This document shows, piece by piece, positions 36,763 to 48,078 of a stretch of 64,000 nucleotides of DNA. Position 1 is the first letter of the stretch. The number at the start of each line of letters is the position of its first letter. Origin of the DNA: Muribaculaceae bacterium. Its GTDB lineage: Bacteria; Bacteroidota; Bacteroidia; Bacteroidales; Muribaculaceae. Below the pieces are notes generated by a model. It was not told the origin of the DNA. It saw nothing but the letters and a program-made list of their open reading frames with translations, and did no database searches. The position numbers and the translations under genes were made by a program. The DNA lies in contig JAGAJP010000054.1 in NCBI GenBank assembly GCA_017626045.1, positions 9,281 to 73,280 on the forward strand, in the 5' to 3' direction.

Positions 36763-38391
36763 ATGAACGTTAAAGAAACTATAAGCAGGATTTGCCCGTC
36801 TGTATCTTTCGAAGAAGGAGAGTGCCTTCTCGTCGTTGTGCCCGAGACTGACTGGTATCCCCTTGCAAAACAACTTAAGGAGAATCCTGACCTCGATTTC
36901 GATGTCCTATCCGCTGTAGTCGGCATGGACTGGAAGGATTCCCTCGGCGTTGTCTATTATCTTACTTCAACTTCCCACAATTGGGAGATGATTTCCGTGA
37001 AAGTGGCTGTCACCGATCGTGAAAACCCAATGATTCACTCTGTCTCCGACCTTTGGAAGGTGGCTAACTTCCAGGAGCGTGAGGTGTTCGACTTCTACGG
37101 AATAAAGTTTATCAACCATCCCGACATGAGAAGGATGTTCCTTCGAAACGACTGGAAGGGCTTCCCGCTTAGAAAAGACTATGACGCGAACCCCGCACTC
37201 AACCCCATTCCCGTTGACGACGAGAAACATGAGGATGAAACCGTTAAATACGTAGAGGATGCCGATGGCAATGTCAAGGAAGTTCGCGGTAAGGTCTTTG
37301 AGGAAAACGACTATGTGGTAAATATTGGCCCGCAGCATCCTTCTACTCATGGCGTGATGCGTTTCCGCGCTTCGCTCGATGGCGAGGTCATCAAGAAGGT
37401 GGACGTGGTTTCCGGTTATATTCATCGCGGTATAGAGAAACTCTGTGAGTCGCTCGGTTATCCCCAGATTCTTCATTTCACTGACCGTATGGACTACATG
37501 AGCGCGCACCAGAACCGCCATTGCCTCTGCATGTGTATCGAGAAGGCTATGGGTATCGTGGTGCCGGAACGTGCTCAGGTCATCCGCACCATGATGGACG
37601 AATTGATGAGAATCTCAAGCCATCTGCTTAGCTTCGGATGTACTGCTATGGACCTCGGCGCTACTACCGCATTCTTCTATGGCTTCCGAGAGAGAGAGAT
37701 GGTGCTCGATATTTTCGAAAAAACCTGCGGCGCCCGCATGTCGATGAACTATAATGTCATCGGCGGCGTTATGGCTGACCTTCATCCCGATTTCGTCAAG
37801 GATGTAAAGGCTCTTATCGAGATCATGCCCGAGCGTCTTAAGGAATATCATACCGTCTTCACCGGTAATATCATCGCCCAGAACAGACTCAAGGGCGTTG
37901 GTATGCTTAGCAAGGAAGACGCGATAAACTATGACATCACCGGTCCTTCAGGCCGCGGCTCCAACTGGAGCAACGACTGCCGCAAGAAACATCCTTATGC
38001 TGCGTACGACCGCGTGGAGTTTGACGAAGTCCTCGAGACCGGTTGTGATTCGTTCGCCCGATATATGGTGAGGATGCGTGAGATAGAGCAGAGCTGCCGT
38101 ATTCTTGCTCAGCTCGTCGACAATATCCCTGAGGGGGATATCCGCGCTCAGGTGCCTAAAGTGGTGAAGTTGCCCGCAGGTCACTGGTATGCGCAAGTGG
38201 AGGCTTCCCGCGGTACGTTCGGTGTCTATATCGAAAGCGACGGTTCGAAGAATCCTTACCGTGTTCACTTCCAGAGCCCCTGCTTCAACCTTATCGGTGT
38301 GATGGACCTCACCTGCACCGGCCACATGATTGCTGACCTTATTACTATCGGTGCCGCTCTCGACTTCGTGATTCCGGATATCGACAGATAA
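36763..38391 (+). CDS. nuoCD: Fused NADH-quinone oxidoreductase subunits C and D
   Basis: N-terminal 30-kDa domain (..ANFQEREVFDFYGIKFINHPDMRRMFL..) fused to a 49-kDa domain (..NIGPQHPSTHGVMR..). 542 aa. Confidence 0.92.
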   Translation: MNVKETISRICPSVSFEEGECLLVVVPETDWYPLAKQLKENPDLDFDVLSAVVGMDWKDSLGVVYYLTSTSHNWEMISVKVAVTDRENPMIHSVSDLWKVANFQEREVFDFYGIKFINHPDMRRMFLRNDWKGFPLRKDYDANPALNPIPVDDEKHEDETVKYVEDADGNVKEVRGKVFEENDYVVNIGPQHPSTHGVMRFRASLDGEVIKKVDVVSGYIHRGIEKLCESLGYPQILHFTDRMDYMSAHQNRHCLCMCIEKAMGIVVPERAQVIRTMMDELMRISSHLLSFGCTAMDLGATTAFFYGFREREMVLDIFEKTCGARMSMNYNVIGGVMADLHPDFVKDVKALIEIMPERLKEYHTVFTGNIIAQNRLKGVGMLSKEDAINYDITGPSGRGSNWSNDCRKKHPYAAYDRVEFDEVLETGCDSFARYMVRMREIEQSCRILAQLVDNIPEGDIRAQVPKVVKLPAGHWYAQVEASRGTFGVYIESDGSKNPYRVHFQSPCFNLIGVMDLTCTGHMIADLITIGAALDFVIPDIDR

Positions 38392-38410
38392 CTCATAACA
38401 CTGATTCGAA

Positions 38411-39487
38411 ATGTTTGACTTTAGTATTATCACAAACTGGTTCAACAACCTGCTGATTGGTTGCATGCCCGAATGGGCCGCGGTGCTCATTGAGTGCGTC
38501 GTAATCGGTGTGCTCGTATTGCTGACTTACACGGTGCTCGCATTGTTCTATATTCTTTACGAAAGAAAACTCTGCGCCTGGTTCCAGTGTCGACTCGGCC
38601 CGATGCGTGTGGGCCCCTGGGGATTGCTCCAGGTCTTTGCCGATATGTTTAAGATCCTTATCAAGGAACTTATTTCTCTTAAAGGTACCGACAAGTTCCT
38701 CTTTAAACTTGCTCCCTACATCATCATCACTTCGTCTGTCGTGATGCTCGCATGTCTTCCGTGGGGACGCGGTCTTCAGATCATCGACTATAATATCGGT
38801 ATTTTCTTCGTGCTTGCAGTCTCGAGCGTAGGTGTGCTCGGTATCCTGCTCGCCGGTTGGTCTTCCAACAATAAGTATACTCTTATCGGAGCTATGCGAA
38901 GCGGCGCCCAGATGATCAGCTATGAACTCTCGCTCGGTCTGGCACTGATGTCTATCATCGTGCTCGCAGGCACTATGAACATCAACGATCTCGTATGGGC
39001 GCAGGATAAGTGCTGGTTTATTTTCCAGGGACATATCCCCGCGATAATTGCCTTCATTATCTACGTGATTGCTGCTACCGCCGAGACAAACCGTGGCCCG
39101 TTTGACCTCCCCGAGGCTGAACATGAGCTTACCGCCGGTTATCACACTGAGTATTCCGGTATCCATTTCGGTTTCTTCTATCTCGCCGAGTATCTCAACC
39201 TCTTTATCGTCAGTGGTATCGCATCTCTGATGTTCCTCGGTGGTTGGATGCCTCTCCATATCCCCGGCTGGGATGGCTTCAATGCCGTTATGAACTGGAT
39301 TCCCGGTATCGTTTGGTTCCTCGCGAAGGCTTTCTTCATCAGTTATGTCATCATCTGGTTCAAGTGGACATTCCCGCGTGTCAGAATCGACCAGCTCCTA
39401 GCTTTCGAATGGAAATATATGATGCCCTTCGCTCTCGCAAACCTCGTGCTTATGGCAGTTTGCGTGGCGTTTGGTCTCACCTTCTGA
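38411..39487 (+). CDS. nuoH: NADH-quinone oxidoreductase subunit H
   Basis: ..YERKLCAWFQCRLGPMRVGPWGLLQVFADMFK.. and ..ETNRGPFDLPEAEHELTAGYHTEYSG.. are typical of NuoH/ND1. Confidence 0.93.
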   Translation: MFDFSIITNWFNNLLIGCMPEWAAVLIECVVIGVLVLLTYTVLALFYILYERKLCAWFQCRLGPMRVGPWGLLQVFADMFKILIKELISLKGTDKFLFKLAPYIIITSSVVMLACLPWGRGLQIIDYNIGIFFVLAVSSVGVLGILLAGWSSNNKYTLIGAMRSGAQMISYELSLGLALMSIIVLAGTMNINDLVWAQDKCWFIFQGHIPAIIAFIIYVIAATAETNRGPFDLPEAEHELTAGYHTEYSGIHFGFFYLAEYLNLFIVSGIASLMFLGGWMPLHIPGWDGFNAVMNWIPGIVWFLAKAFFISYVIIWFKWTFPRVRIDQLLAFEWKYMMPFALANLVLMAVCVAFGLTF

Positions 39488-39492
39488 TTTGA

Positions 39493-41079
<1,587 letters not shown>

Positions 41080-41099
41080 TGCTTTAGCTCTCTGCAATA

Positions 41100-41336
41100 A
41101 TGACTCTGGAAATTATTTCCCCTCACGATATCCTTTTCAAGGGCGAAGCCGTGTCTGTCTCGCTTCCGGGACAGCTCGGAAGGTTCATGGTTCTGAAAAA
41201 CCATGCTCCACTTATATCTGTGCTGACTGAGGGTGTCGTAGTCTGCCAGACCCCGGAAGGCGATGAGAAGTCTTTCGAGATTAAAGGGGGTCTTGCCGAT
41301 GTGGAAAACAATATTATCTCTGTGTGCATCTATTAA
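41100..41336 (+). CDS. atpC: F1 ATP synthase epsilon subunit (short form, beta-sandwich only)
   Basis: 78 aa. ..LEIISPHDILFKGEAVSVSLPGQLGRFMVLKNHAPLISVL.. is typical of the AtpC N-terminal domain. Confidence 0.85.
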   Translation: MTLEIISPHDILFKGEAVSVSLPGQLGRFMVLKNHAPLISVLTEGVVVCQTPEGDEKSFEIKGGLADVENNIISVCIY

Positions 41337-41346
41337 CAGTACTGTA

Positions 41347-42588
41347 ATGACTAAAAAATTCGCCATACTGTTTGTTCTTTTGTCGGTGCTGGCATTCCCT
41401 TTCTCTGCCTTCTCGTCAGAAAAGGATAAAGGTCAGGTCGATGTGAAGGAAAACATCTTCCATCACCTCGGTGACGGATACGGCTGGGAAGTGCCTTTCA
41501 GCCACACTTACCGTATCCCGCTCCCCGTTATAGTCCGAGCTGAAGACGGCAAATGGTTTGTGTTCAGTTCTTCAAGATTGAGTCAGATTTCCGAGGTGCA
41601 GGACCCTGAGGCCGGTAAGTCCAGGAAAGAGGCTGTCCCCGTTATTTACAAGACTGAAAAGGACGGTAAAGACTATCTTTTCTATCAGCCTCACGTCAGT
41701 ACCCATTCAGGAAAGGTGGTTCAGCTTTTCCCGATTCCCGATGCCGAGCAGAAGAAACTTGAGGCTGAGGTGACAGACTCCGATATATCGCATCATGTCG
41801 CTCCCGGATATACCAATATCGACGGTAAGTTCTGGCGTGAATACCGATGCTTCGACCTCTCCATCACCAAGAATGTGCTTGCTCTCTTTATTGCTGCCGC
41901 TCTCGTTATATGGATTGTGTTGAGTCTCGTGCGGTTCTACGCAAAGCATGGTTATAAGGCTCCCCGCAAAGGCATGGGCTTTTTCGAACTTTGCGTCGAT
42001 TTCATTTATTCAGGCGTGATCAAGAGCACTCTCGGTGCGAAGGCTCCAAAGTATGCCCCGTATCTTCTTACTGCGTTCTTCTTCATCCTGACGATGAACC
42101 TCCTTGGACTGATAGTTATTTTCCCCGGTGGCGCGAACCTTACCGGCAATATCGCCATTACGCTCGTGCTTGCGGTGATGACTTTCATCATTACAACCGT
42201 AAGTGGCAACAAACATTATTGGAAAGAGGTCTTCTGGCCGGATGTCCCCATCTGGCTCAAGTGCCCTCTCCCCATTATGCAGGTAATTGAGATCTTCGGT
42301 CTCTTTACAAAACCCGCCGCTCTCTGCGTGCGTCTTTTTGCCAACATGATGGGTGGACACATGATTGTGATTACACTCGTTCTCCTGATCTTTATCTTCG
42401 CGGCGTTCGGCGCTGCCACAGCAGGTGTTTCGGTGGTAGTCTCACTCATATTCTCTATATTCATGCTTGCGCTCGACGTGCTTGTCAGCTTCATCCAGGC
42501 TTATGTCTTCACTCTTCTGTCTACAATCTTCATTTCCATGGCAGTCGAAGACCATAAGGAGAAACATGACGAGGTCAAGGCGGCTTGA
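41347..42588 (+). CDS. atpB: Fo ATP synthase subunit a with a long N-terminal extension
   Basis: The C-terminal part contains the conserved ..LCVRLFANMMGGHMIV.. (essential Arg helix). The first ~180 aa form a signal/TM segment plus an extra domain (..IFHHLGDGYGWEVPF..). The start is taken as the ATG at 41347. Confidence 0.88.
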   Translation: MTKKFAILFVLLSVLAFPFSAFSSEKDKGQVDVKENIFHHLGDGYGWEVPFSHTYRIPLPVIVRAEDGKWFVFSSSRLSQISEVQDPEAGKSRKEAVPVIYKTEKDGKDYLFYQPHVSTHSGKVVQLFPIPDAEQKKLEAEVTDSDISHHVAPGYTNIDGKFWREYRCFDLSITKNVLALFIAAALVIWIVLSLVRFYAKHGYKAPRKGMGFFELCVDFIYSGVIKSTLGAKAPKYAPYLLTAFFFILTMNLLGLIVIFPGGANLTGNIAITLVLAVMTFIITTVSGNKHYWKEVFWPDVPIWLKCPLPIMQVIEIFGLFTKPAALCVRLFANMMGGHMIVITLVLLIFIFAAFGAATAGVSVVVSLIFSIFMLALDVLVSFIQAYVFTLLSTIFISMAVEDHKEKHDEVKAA

Positions 42589-42620
42589 TACAAACAGATA
42601 ATTAACAAAAAAAATAATAA

Positions 42621-42881
<261 letters not shown>

Positions 42882-42911
42882 TCGGCTTCGGTCTAATTAA
42901 ATTCTTAGAAA

Positions 42912-43406
42912 ATGGAATTATTCACGCCCGATTTTGGACTGGTGTTCTGGATGTTCATCGCTTTCATCCTCCTTTTCCTTATTTTGGCAAAGTGGGGCTG
43001 GCCGATGATCATCAAGCAGATGGAAGGGCGTGCCGATACTATCGACAAAGGAGTCGAATATGCACGTGAGGCGAAGGAACAACTCGACAGTGCTCGCGAT
43101 TCCGCTCAGAAAGTTATCGGTGAGGCCCAGGCTCGGCAGGCTGAAATGCTGCGTGAGGCCGCCAAAATGAAGAGCCAGATTATTGAAGAGGCTAAAAAAG
43201 AGGCTTCCGAAGAGGCTCGTAAGGTGATGGAGGCGGCTAAAGTGTCGATCGAACAGTCACGCAAAGAGGCTGAACTCCAGTTCAGAAATGAAGTGAGCAA
43301 GTTCTCTATCGATATCGCTGAGAAGATGGTTAGGTCACGTCTCCAAAACGATGCCGAACAGCAGAAACTTGTAGACAAGATGTTGGACGAAATCGAGAAA
43401 AACTGA
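42912..43406 (+). CDS. atpF: Fo ATP synthase subunit b
   Basis: 164 aa. One N-terminal TM segment, then a long charged helix (..AQARQAEMLREAAKMKSQIIEEAKKEA..). The position in the atp order fits. Confidence 0.88.
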   Translation: MELFTPDFGLVFWMFIAFILLFLILAKWGWPMIIKQMEGRADTIDKGVEYAREAKEQLDSARDSAQKVIGEAQARQAEMLREAAKMKSQIIEEAKKEASEEARKVMEAAKVSIEQSRKEAELQFRNEVSKFSIDIAEKMVRSRLQNDAEQQKLVDKMLDEIEKN

Positions 43407-43410
43407 CGCA

Positions 43411-43956
43411 ATGAACGAAGGACTCATACCCCGGCGCTATGCTATGGCGCTCTATAAGTTGACTGAGGAGCATGGTGACTCTCAAGTAGTCTATGAGGAG
43501 ATGAAGACGGTCGCTAATTCGTTCGCTTCTAATCCCGACCTGCAGAAAGTCCTCGCTAATCCGTTTGTCAACCGCGCGGATAAGGCGAAGGTGCTTCTCA
43601 CTGCTGCCGGCGGCGATGTGGAAGATGACTTTCGTTCTTTTGTCGATCTTATTCTCAATAATGACAGAGCTGAGTTTGCCAGACTTATGGCTCAGGCTTA
43701 TTGCGACATCTTCAGACGTGCTCACAAAATCGCCCGTGTAAGGATTATTACCGCGGCTAAACTCGACGAGAACGTCATGAACAAACTCAGAGATGTCGTT
43801 ATGAAGGCATATCCCGGCATGAAGCTCGAATTTACTGAGGTGGTCGATAAAGACCTTATCGGTGGCTTCATTATCGATGTCGACGACCAGCGTCTCGATG
43901 CTTCCATCAGCAACGAGATAGAACAATTACGTTTAAAACTTTTAAGAAGCAATTAA
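43411..43956 (+). CDS. atpH: F1 ATP synthase delta subunit (OSCP)
   Basis: 181 aa. ..[10 protein letters not shown].. and ..[26 protein letters not shown].. are typical of AtpH. Confidence 0.88.
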   Translation: MNEGLIPRRYAMALYKLTEEHGDSQVVYEEMKTVANSFASNPDLQKVLANPFVNRADKAKVLLTAAGGDVEDDFRSFVDLILNNDRAEFARLMAQAYCDIFRRAHKIARVRIITAAKLDENVMNKLRDVVMKAYPGMKLEFTEVVDKDLIGGFIIDVDDQRLDASISNEIEQLRLKLLRSN

Positions 43957-43957
43957 A

Positions 43958-45532
43958 ATGCTTAACCCAAGCGAAATTTCTGATATTCTAAAACAACAAC
44001 TCGAGAACGTTAACTCTCAGGTCAGGTTCGAGGAGGTGGGTACGGTGCTCAGCGTCGGCGACGGCGTGGCTCACGTCTACGGACTCGAAAACGTAAAGGC
44101 CTCCGAGCTCGTGGAGTTTGAAAACGGAACCACCGGTGTCGCTCTCAATCTCGAGGAAAGCAATGTCGGCGTTGTGCTTCTCGACAACGTCAACTCCGTC
44201 AGCGAAAACATGACGGTCCGTCGCACGGGTGAGATTGCATCTATTCCGGTCGGTGATGGTCTTTTCGGACGTGTCATTAACATCCTCGGCCAGCCTATCG
44301 ACGGCAATGGACCAATCGATGGCGAACTTCTGCGCATGCCTCTCGAAAGAAAGGCTCCCGGAGTCATTTTCCGCCAGCCTGTGAAGCAGCCCCTTCAGAC
44401 CGGTCTTAAGGCTATCGACTCGATGATTCCTATCGGGCGCGGTCAGCGAGAACTTATTATCGGTGACCGCCAGATCGGTAAGACTGCTATCGCTATCGAT
44501 ACGATTATCAACCAGAGGGAAAACTTCCTTGCCGGTAAACCTGTATACTGTATCTACGTGGCTATCGGTCAGAAGGCTTCTACTGTGGCTTCTATCGTTC
44601 AGACTCTCAAGAAGCACGGCGCCATGGATTATACTGTTGTCGTCGCTGCTACCGCTTCCGACTCCGCGACTATGCGTTACTACGCTCCTTTCGCAGGTGT
44701 GGCTATCGGCGAGTTTATCCGCGATACAGGTCGTGACGCGCTTATCGTTTACGACGACCTCTCAAAGCAGGCTGTGGCTTACCGCGAGATTTCTCTTATC
44801 CTTAAGCGCCCATCCGGTCGTGAGGCTTACCCCGGTGATATCTTCTATCTCCATTCTCGCCTGCTCGAAAGAGCCGCTAAGATTATCGACAATCAGCAGG
44901 TGGCGGAGAGCATGAATGACCTCCCCGATTGCCTTAAGCCTATCGTGAAGGGTGGTGGTTCTCTTACTGCACTCCCGATCATCGAAACTCAGGCGGGCGA
45001 CGTCTCGGCTTATATCCCTACCAATGTGATTTCTATCACCGACGGTCAGATCTTCCTCGAGACTGCTCTCTTCAACCAGGGTATTCGTCCCGCTGTGAAT
45101 GTGGGTATCTCGGTGTCTCGTGTAGGCGGTAACGCTCAGATCAAACCTATGAAGAAGGTGGCAGGTACCCTAAAGATTGCTCAGGCTCAGTATAGAGAGC
45201 TCGAGTCGTTCACCAAGTTTGGCGGCGACATCGACCCCGTAACTGCGAAAGTCATCGACACCGGTCGTAAAAACCAGCAGCTCCTCATCCAGCCTCAGTA
45301 TCAGCCTTGGCCCGTTGAAAAACAGGTGGCTGTTATCTACTGCGGTGTGAATGGCCTGATGGAGAATGTGCCTGTCGATAAGGTTCACGAGTTCGAAAGT
45401 CTTTTCATCCAGCTGCTTGAGGCTAAATACCGCAAGGAAGTGCTTGATGAGATTAAGGCAGGCAACCTTTCCGACGACGTGCAGGCTAAGATTCGCGAAT
45501 GCGCTTCTGAAATCTGCTCACGATATAACTGA
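43958..45532 (+). CDS. atpA: F1 ATP synthase alpha subunit
   Basis: Walker [16 protein letters not shown], and ..[45 protein letters not shown].. Confidence 0.95.
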   Translation: MLNPSEISDILKQQLENVNSQVRFEEVGTVLSVGDGVAHVYGLENVKASELVEFENGTTGVALNLEESNVGVVLLDNVNSVSENMTVRRTGEIASIPVGDGLFGRVINILGQPIDGNGPIDGELLRMPLERKAPGVIFRQPVKQPLQTGLKAIDSMIPIGRGQRELIIGDRQIGKTAIAIDTIINQRENFLAGKPVYCIYVAIGQKASTVASIVQTLKKHGAMDYTVVVAATASDSATMRYYAPFAGVAIGEFIRDTGRDALIVYDDLSKQAVAYREISLILKRPSGREAYPGDIFYLHSRLLERAAKIIDNQQVAESMNDLPDCLKPIVKGGGSLTALPIIETQAGDVSAYIPTNVISITDGQIFLETALFNQGIRPAVNVGISVSRVGGNAQIKPMKKVAGTLKIAQAQYRELESFTKFGGDIDPVTAKVIDTGRKNQQLLIQPQYQPWPVEKQVAVIYCGVNGLMENVPVDKVHEFESLFIQLLEAKYRKEVLDEIKAGNLSDDVQAKIRECASEICSRYN

Positions 45533-45591
45533 CTTTTTGGCGTGCGCCGCCTGAAAACGACGCACGCCCCTAATTAATAAAGTTTTTTAAA

Positions 45592-46482
45592 ATGGCTACC
45601 CTTAGGGAACTTAAGACACGCATCGGGTCTGTCGCTTCAAGCGAGAAAATCACGGGTGCGATGAAGATGATTTCTTCTGCGAAGGTTCACAAGTTTGAAT
45701 CTACGCTCAAGCAACTCGTGCCTTATCGCAATCAGATTAAATCCGTGATGGGACATATCCTTTCTTCCGGATCTGACTTCAGCAGCCCCCTTATCGAACC
45801 CCGCAAGGAGGTCCGCAAGATCGCCTTTGTGGTGTTTGGCAGCGACGACGGTCTCTGCGGCGCATACAATATAAATATTTTCAAGGAGGCTTATTCGCAG
45901 ATCAGGCGTCTCCAATCTGAATATGGCAATGACGTGGTTTTCGATATCTATCCCATCGGTAAGAAGATGGGGAAGGCTCTTTCGAAAATCGCAGCTCCGG
46001 GAATGAATATTTTCTTCATTGACGGTGTCGACTCGAAGATGCCACCTGAAAAAGTCAACGAACTGACGCATAAATTGCGCGCAAAGTTCTCAGACGCCGA
46101 GTATGACTATGTTTGCGTGGAGTATATGAAATATTTCTCTATGAGTAGGCAGCGTCCTGTTTTTGAACAGTTGTTCCCGATTTCTCAGGATGTCCTTCTC
46201 GAAGGTTCGAAAGATGTTGCATCTAATCGTCTATATATCTTTGAGCCGGATCCCAATACTATTTTCAATGCTGTGCTCCCGATGTTTGTGCTTTCAAGCA
46301 TGCAGGAGATAACTATTCAAAACAGAGCTTCTGAGCAGGCGGCACGCGTTATGGCTATGCAGAGCGCAAACGACAATGCCAAGAAACTTCTCGAGCAGTT
46401 GCAGCTTGACTATAATAAACTTCGTCAGGAGGGTATCACTACCGAACTCCTCGATATCCTCGGCGGACAGGTGGAGAGATGA
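45592..46482 (+). CDS. atpG: F1 ATP synthase gamma subunit
   Basis: MATLRELKTRIGSVASSEKITGAMKMISSAK.. and the C-terminal ..YNKLRQEGITTELLDILGG.. Confidence 0.92.
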   Translation: MATLRELKTRIGSVASSEKITGAMKMISSAKVHKFESTLKQLVPYRNQIKSVMGHILSSGSDFSSPLIEPRKEVRKIAFVVFGSDDGLCGAYNINIFKEAYSQIRRLQSEYGNDVVFDIYPIGKKMGKALSKIAAPGMNIFFIDGVDSKMPPEKVNELTHKLRAKFSDAEYDYVCVEYMKYFSMSRQRPVFEQLFPISQDVLLEGSKDVASNRLYIFEPDPNTIFNAVLPMFVLSSMQEITIQNRASEQAARVMAMQSANDNAKKLLEQLQLDYNKLRQEGITTELLDILGGQVER

Positions 46483-46529
46483 TGATTCTCCTATTATTGC
46501 ATTGCATAATAAACAAATAAAAACTATAT

Positions 46530-47183
46530 ATGAGTAGTATCAAGGAATATTTTTCGTCGGTCGGAAAAGGCATTGCGAGTTTGGCGAAGGGTATGGCGGT
46601 GACCGGTAAGGAGTTTGTGACTCCCAAAATCACCGAACAATATCCTGAAAATAGACAGACTCTTAAAATTGCCGACCGTTTCCGTGCGGAACTTAAGCTG
46701 AAGTATGATGACAACGGCAGGCATAAGTGCATTGCCTGCGGTATCTGCCAGATGAACTGCCCCAACAGTTCGATCAGTCTCAAATCAAAGATGGTCGAGC
46801 TCCCTGACGGTAAGAAGAAAAAAGTGCTTGAGGAGTATGACTATGATCTCGGAAGCTGCACTTTCTGCATGCTTTGCGTGACTTCTTGCCCGCAGAATGC
46901 TCTTGAGTTCTCTAATGATTTCGAGCAGGCTGTGTTCACTCGCGATAAACTGGTCAAAAAACTTAATTATCGCCCCGAACCGTCGGTGGAGGAAATTATC
47001 GCAGCGGCTGCTGCTCCAAAACCCGCTATGGATCCCGAACAACTTGCCAAGATCAAGGCTGAGGCTCTTGCCAAGGCAGCTAAGATCAAGGCTGAGAAAG
47101 AAGCCGCTCAAAAGGCCGCTTCTATGCAGCAGTCTGACTCTAAGTCTGACTCGGTTGCGGATTCTCCAAATTCTGATAAGTAA
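46530..47183 (+). CDS. nuoI: NADH-quinone oxidoreductase subunit I with an Ala/Lys-rich C-terminal tail
   Basis: Two 4Fe-4S motifs, CIACGICQMNCP and CTFCMLCVTSCP. The last ~65 aa are low complexity (..AKIKAEALAKAAKIKAEKEAAQKAAS..SDSKSDSVADSPNSDK). Confidence 0.9.
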   Translation: MSSIKEYFSSVGKGIASLAKGMAVTGKEFVTPKITEQYPENRQTLKIADRFRAELKLKYDDNGRHKCIACGICQMNCPNSSISLKSKMVELPDGKKKKVLEEYDYDLGSCTFCMLCVTSCPQNALEFSNDFEQAVFTRDKLVKKLNYRPEPSVEEIIAAAAAPKPAMDPEQLAKIKAEALAKAAKIKAEKEAAQKAASMQQSDSKSDSVADSPNSDK

Positions 47184-47210
47184 CATTCTTTTACAACAAC
47201 AATAACACAA

Positions 47211-47735
47211 ATGGATTCAGTAGGCAATATCATTCTCTACTTCGTGGTAGCCATCGCTATGGTGGTCTCGGCTTATCTTGCCGTTACCACGACCAAAATC
47301 CTGCGTGCCGCCACATATCTGCTTTTTGCTTTGATTTGTACCGCGATTTTCTATTTCCAGCTCGGTTTCCAGTTCTTGGGCGCGGTTCAAATCGCTGTCT
47401 ATGCAGGCGGCATTATGGTGCTTTTCGTTTTTGCGATTATTCTTACTCACAAGCCTAATGAAAAGAGCGCTCCTCTGGAGGCGCACAGACAGTTTGCCGG
47501 TATAGCGGCTTCGCTCGCCGGTGGCATCCTCCTCTTGTTCGCCCTTTTCAGAATGCCGCTCGCTAAAGGTATATCCCTTTCTGAGGCTATCGGTGGCGAG
47601 TCGCTCACTATGCATGATATAGGAACGGCTCTTGTGGGCTCCGAGAAATTTCAGTATCTGCTACCGTTTGAGGCTGTCAGCCTTCTTCTGCTGGCTTGCA
47701 TCATCGGTGGTGTCGTTATCGCTCGTAAAAAATAA
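47211..47735 (+). CDS. nuoJ: NADH-quinone oxidoreductase subunit J
   Basis: 174 aa membrane protein. ..LGAVQIAVYAGGIMVLFVF.. is typical of NuoJ/ND6. The operon position fits. Confidence 0.88.
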   Translation: MDSVGNIILYFVVAIAMVVSAYLAVTTTKILRAATYLLFALICTAIFYFQLGFQFLGAVQIAVYAGGIMVLFVFAIILTHKPNEKSAPLEAHRQFAGIAASLAGGILLLFALFRMPLAKGISLSEAIGGESLTMHDIGTALVGSEKFQYLLPFEAVSLLLLACIIGGVVIARKK

Positions 47736-47753
47736 CCCGAAAATTTTTACATT

Positions 47754-48065
47754 ATGGATTTAAGCATTCTTTGGTATCTGGTGCCGAGCGTCCTCATGTT
47801 CGTTTTCGGTGTTTATGGGTTCATTACCCGCAAGAACATGATCGCGATGCTGATTTCGCTTGAGCTGATGCTCAACTCGGCTGACCTGAATTTTGTGATT
47901 TTCAACCGTTATCTTTTCCCCGGTTCTATGGAGGGTATGATGTTTACTCTATTCGCCATAGGTATAGCCGCTGCCGAAACTGCCGTGGCTATCGCCCTTA
48001 TCATTAATATTTACAGGGTCATCGGAAATACAAATGTGACGGAAATTAAAGAAATGAAATTCTAA
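47754..48065 (+). CDS. nuoK: NADH-quinone oxidoreductase subunit K
   Basis: 103 aa with 3 TM segments. ..MLISLELMLNSADLNF.. and ..AAAETAVAIALI.. are typical of NuoK/ND4L. Confidence 0.9.
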   Translation: MDLSILWYLVPSVLMFVFGVYGFITRKNMIAMLISLELMLNSADLNFVIFNRYLFPGSMEGMMFTLFAIGIAAAETAVAIALIINIYRVIGNTNVTEIKEMKF

Positions 48066-48078
48066 TATTCCCTAAGAT

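Noticed and set aside
38393-39259. A long (288 aa) minus-strand ORF, and similar antisense ORFs in the track: 5604-6323 (+), 17159-17875 (-), 43330-43926 (-), 43988-44617 (-), 50178-50828 (-), 59065-59751 (+) and 61814-62731 (+).
   Set aside because: Each lies entirely antisense to a gene with unmistakable family motifs (nuoH, rhaB, ansA, atpH, atpA, nuoM, GH57, GDE). Their translations are low complexity or Arg/His/Ser-rich with no recognisable domains. They are shadow ORFs.
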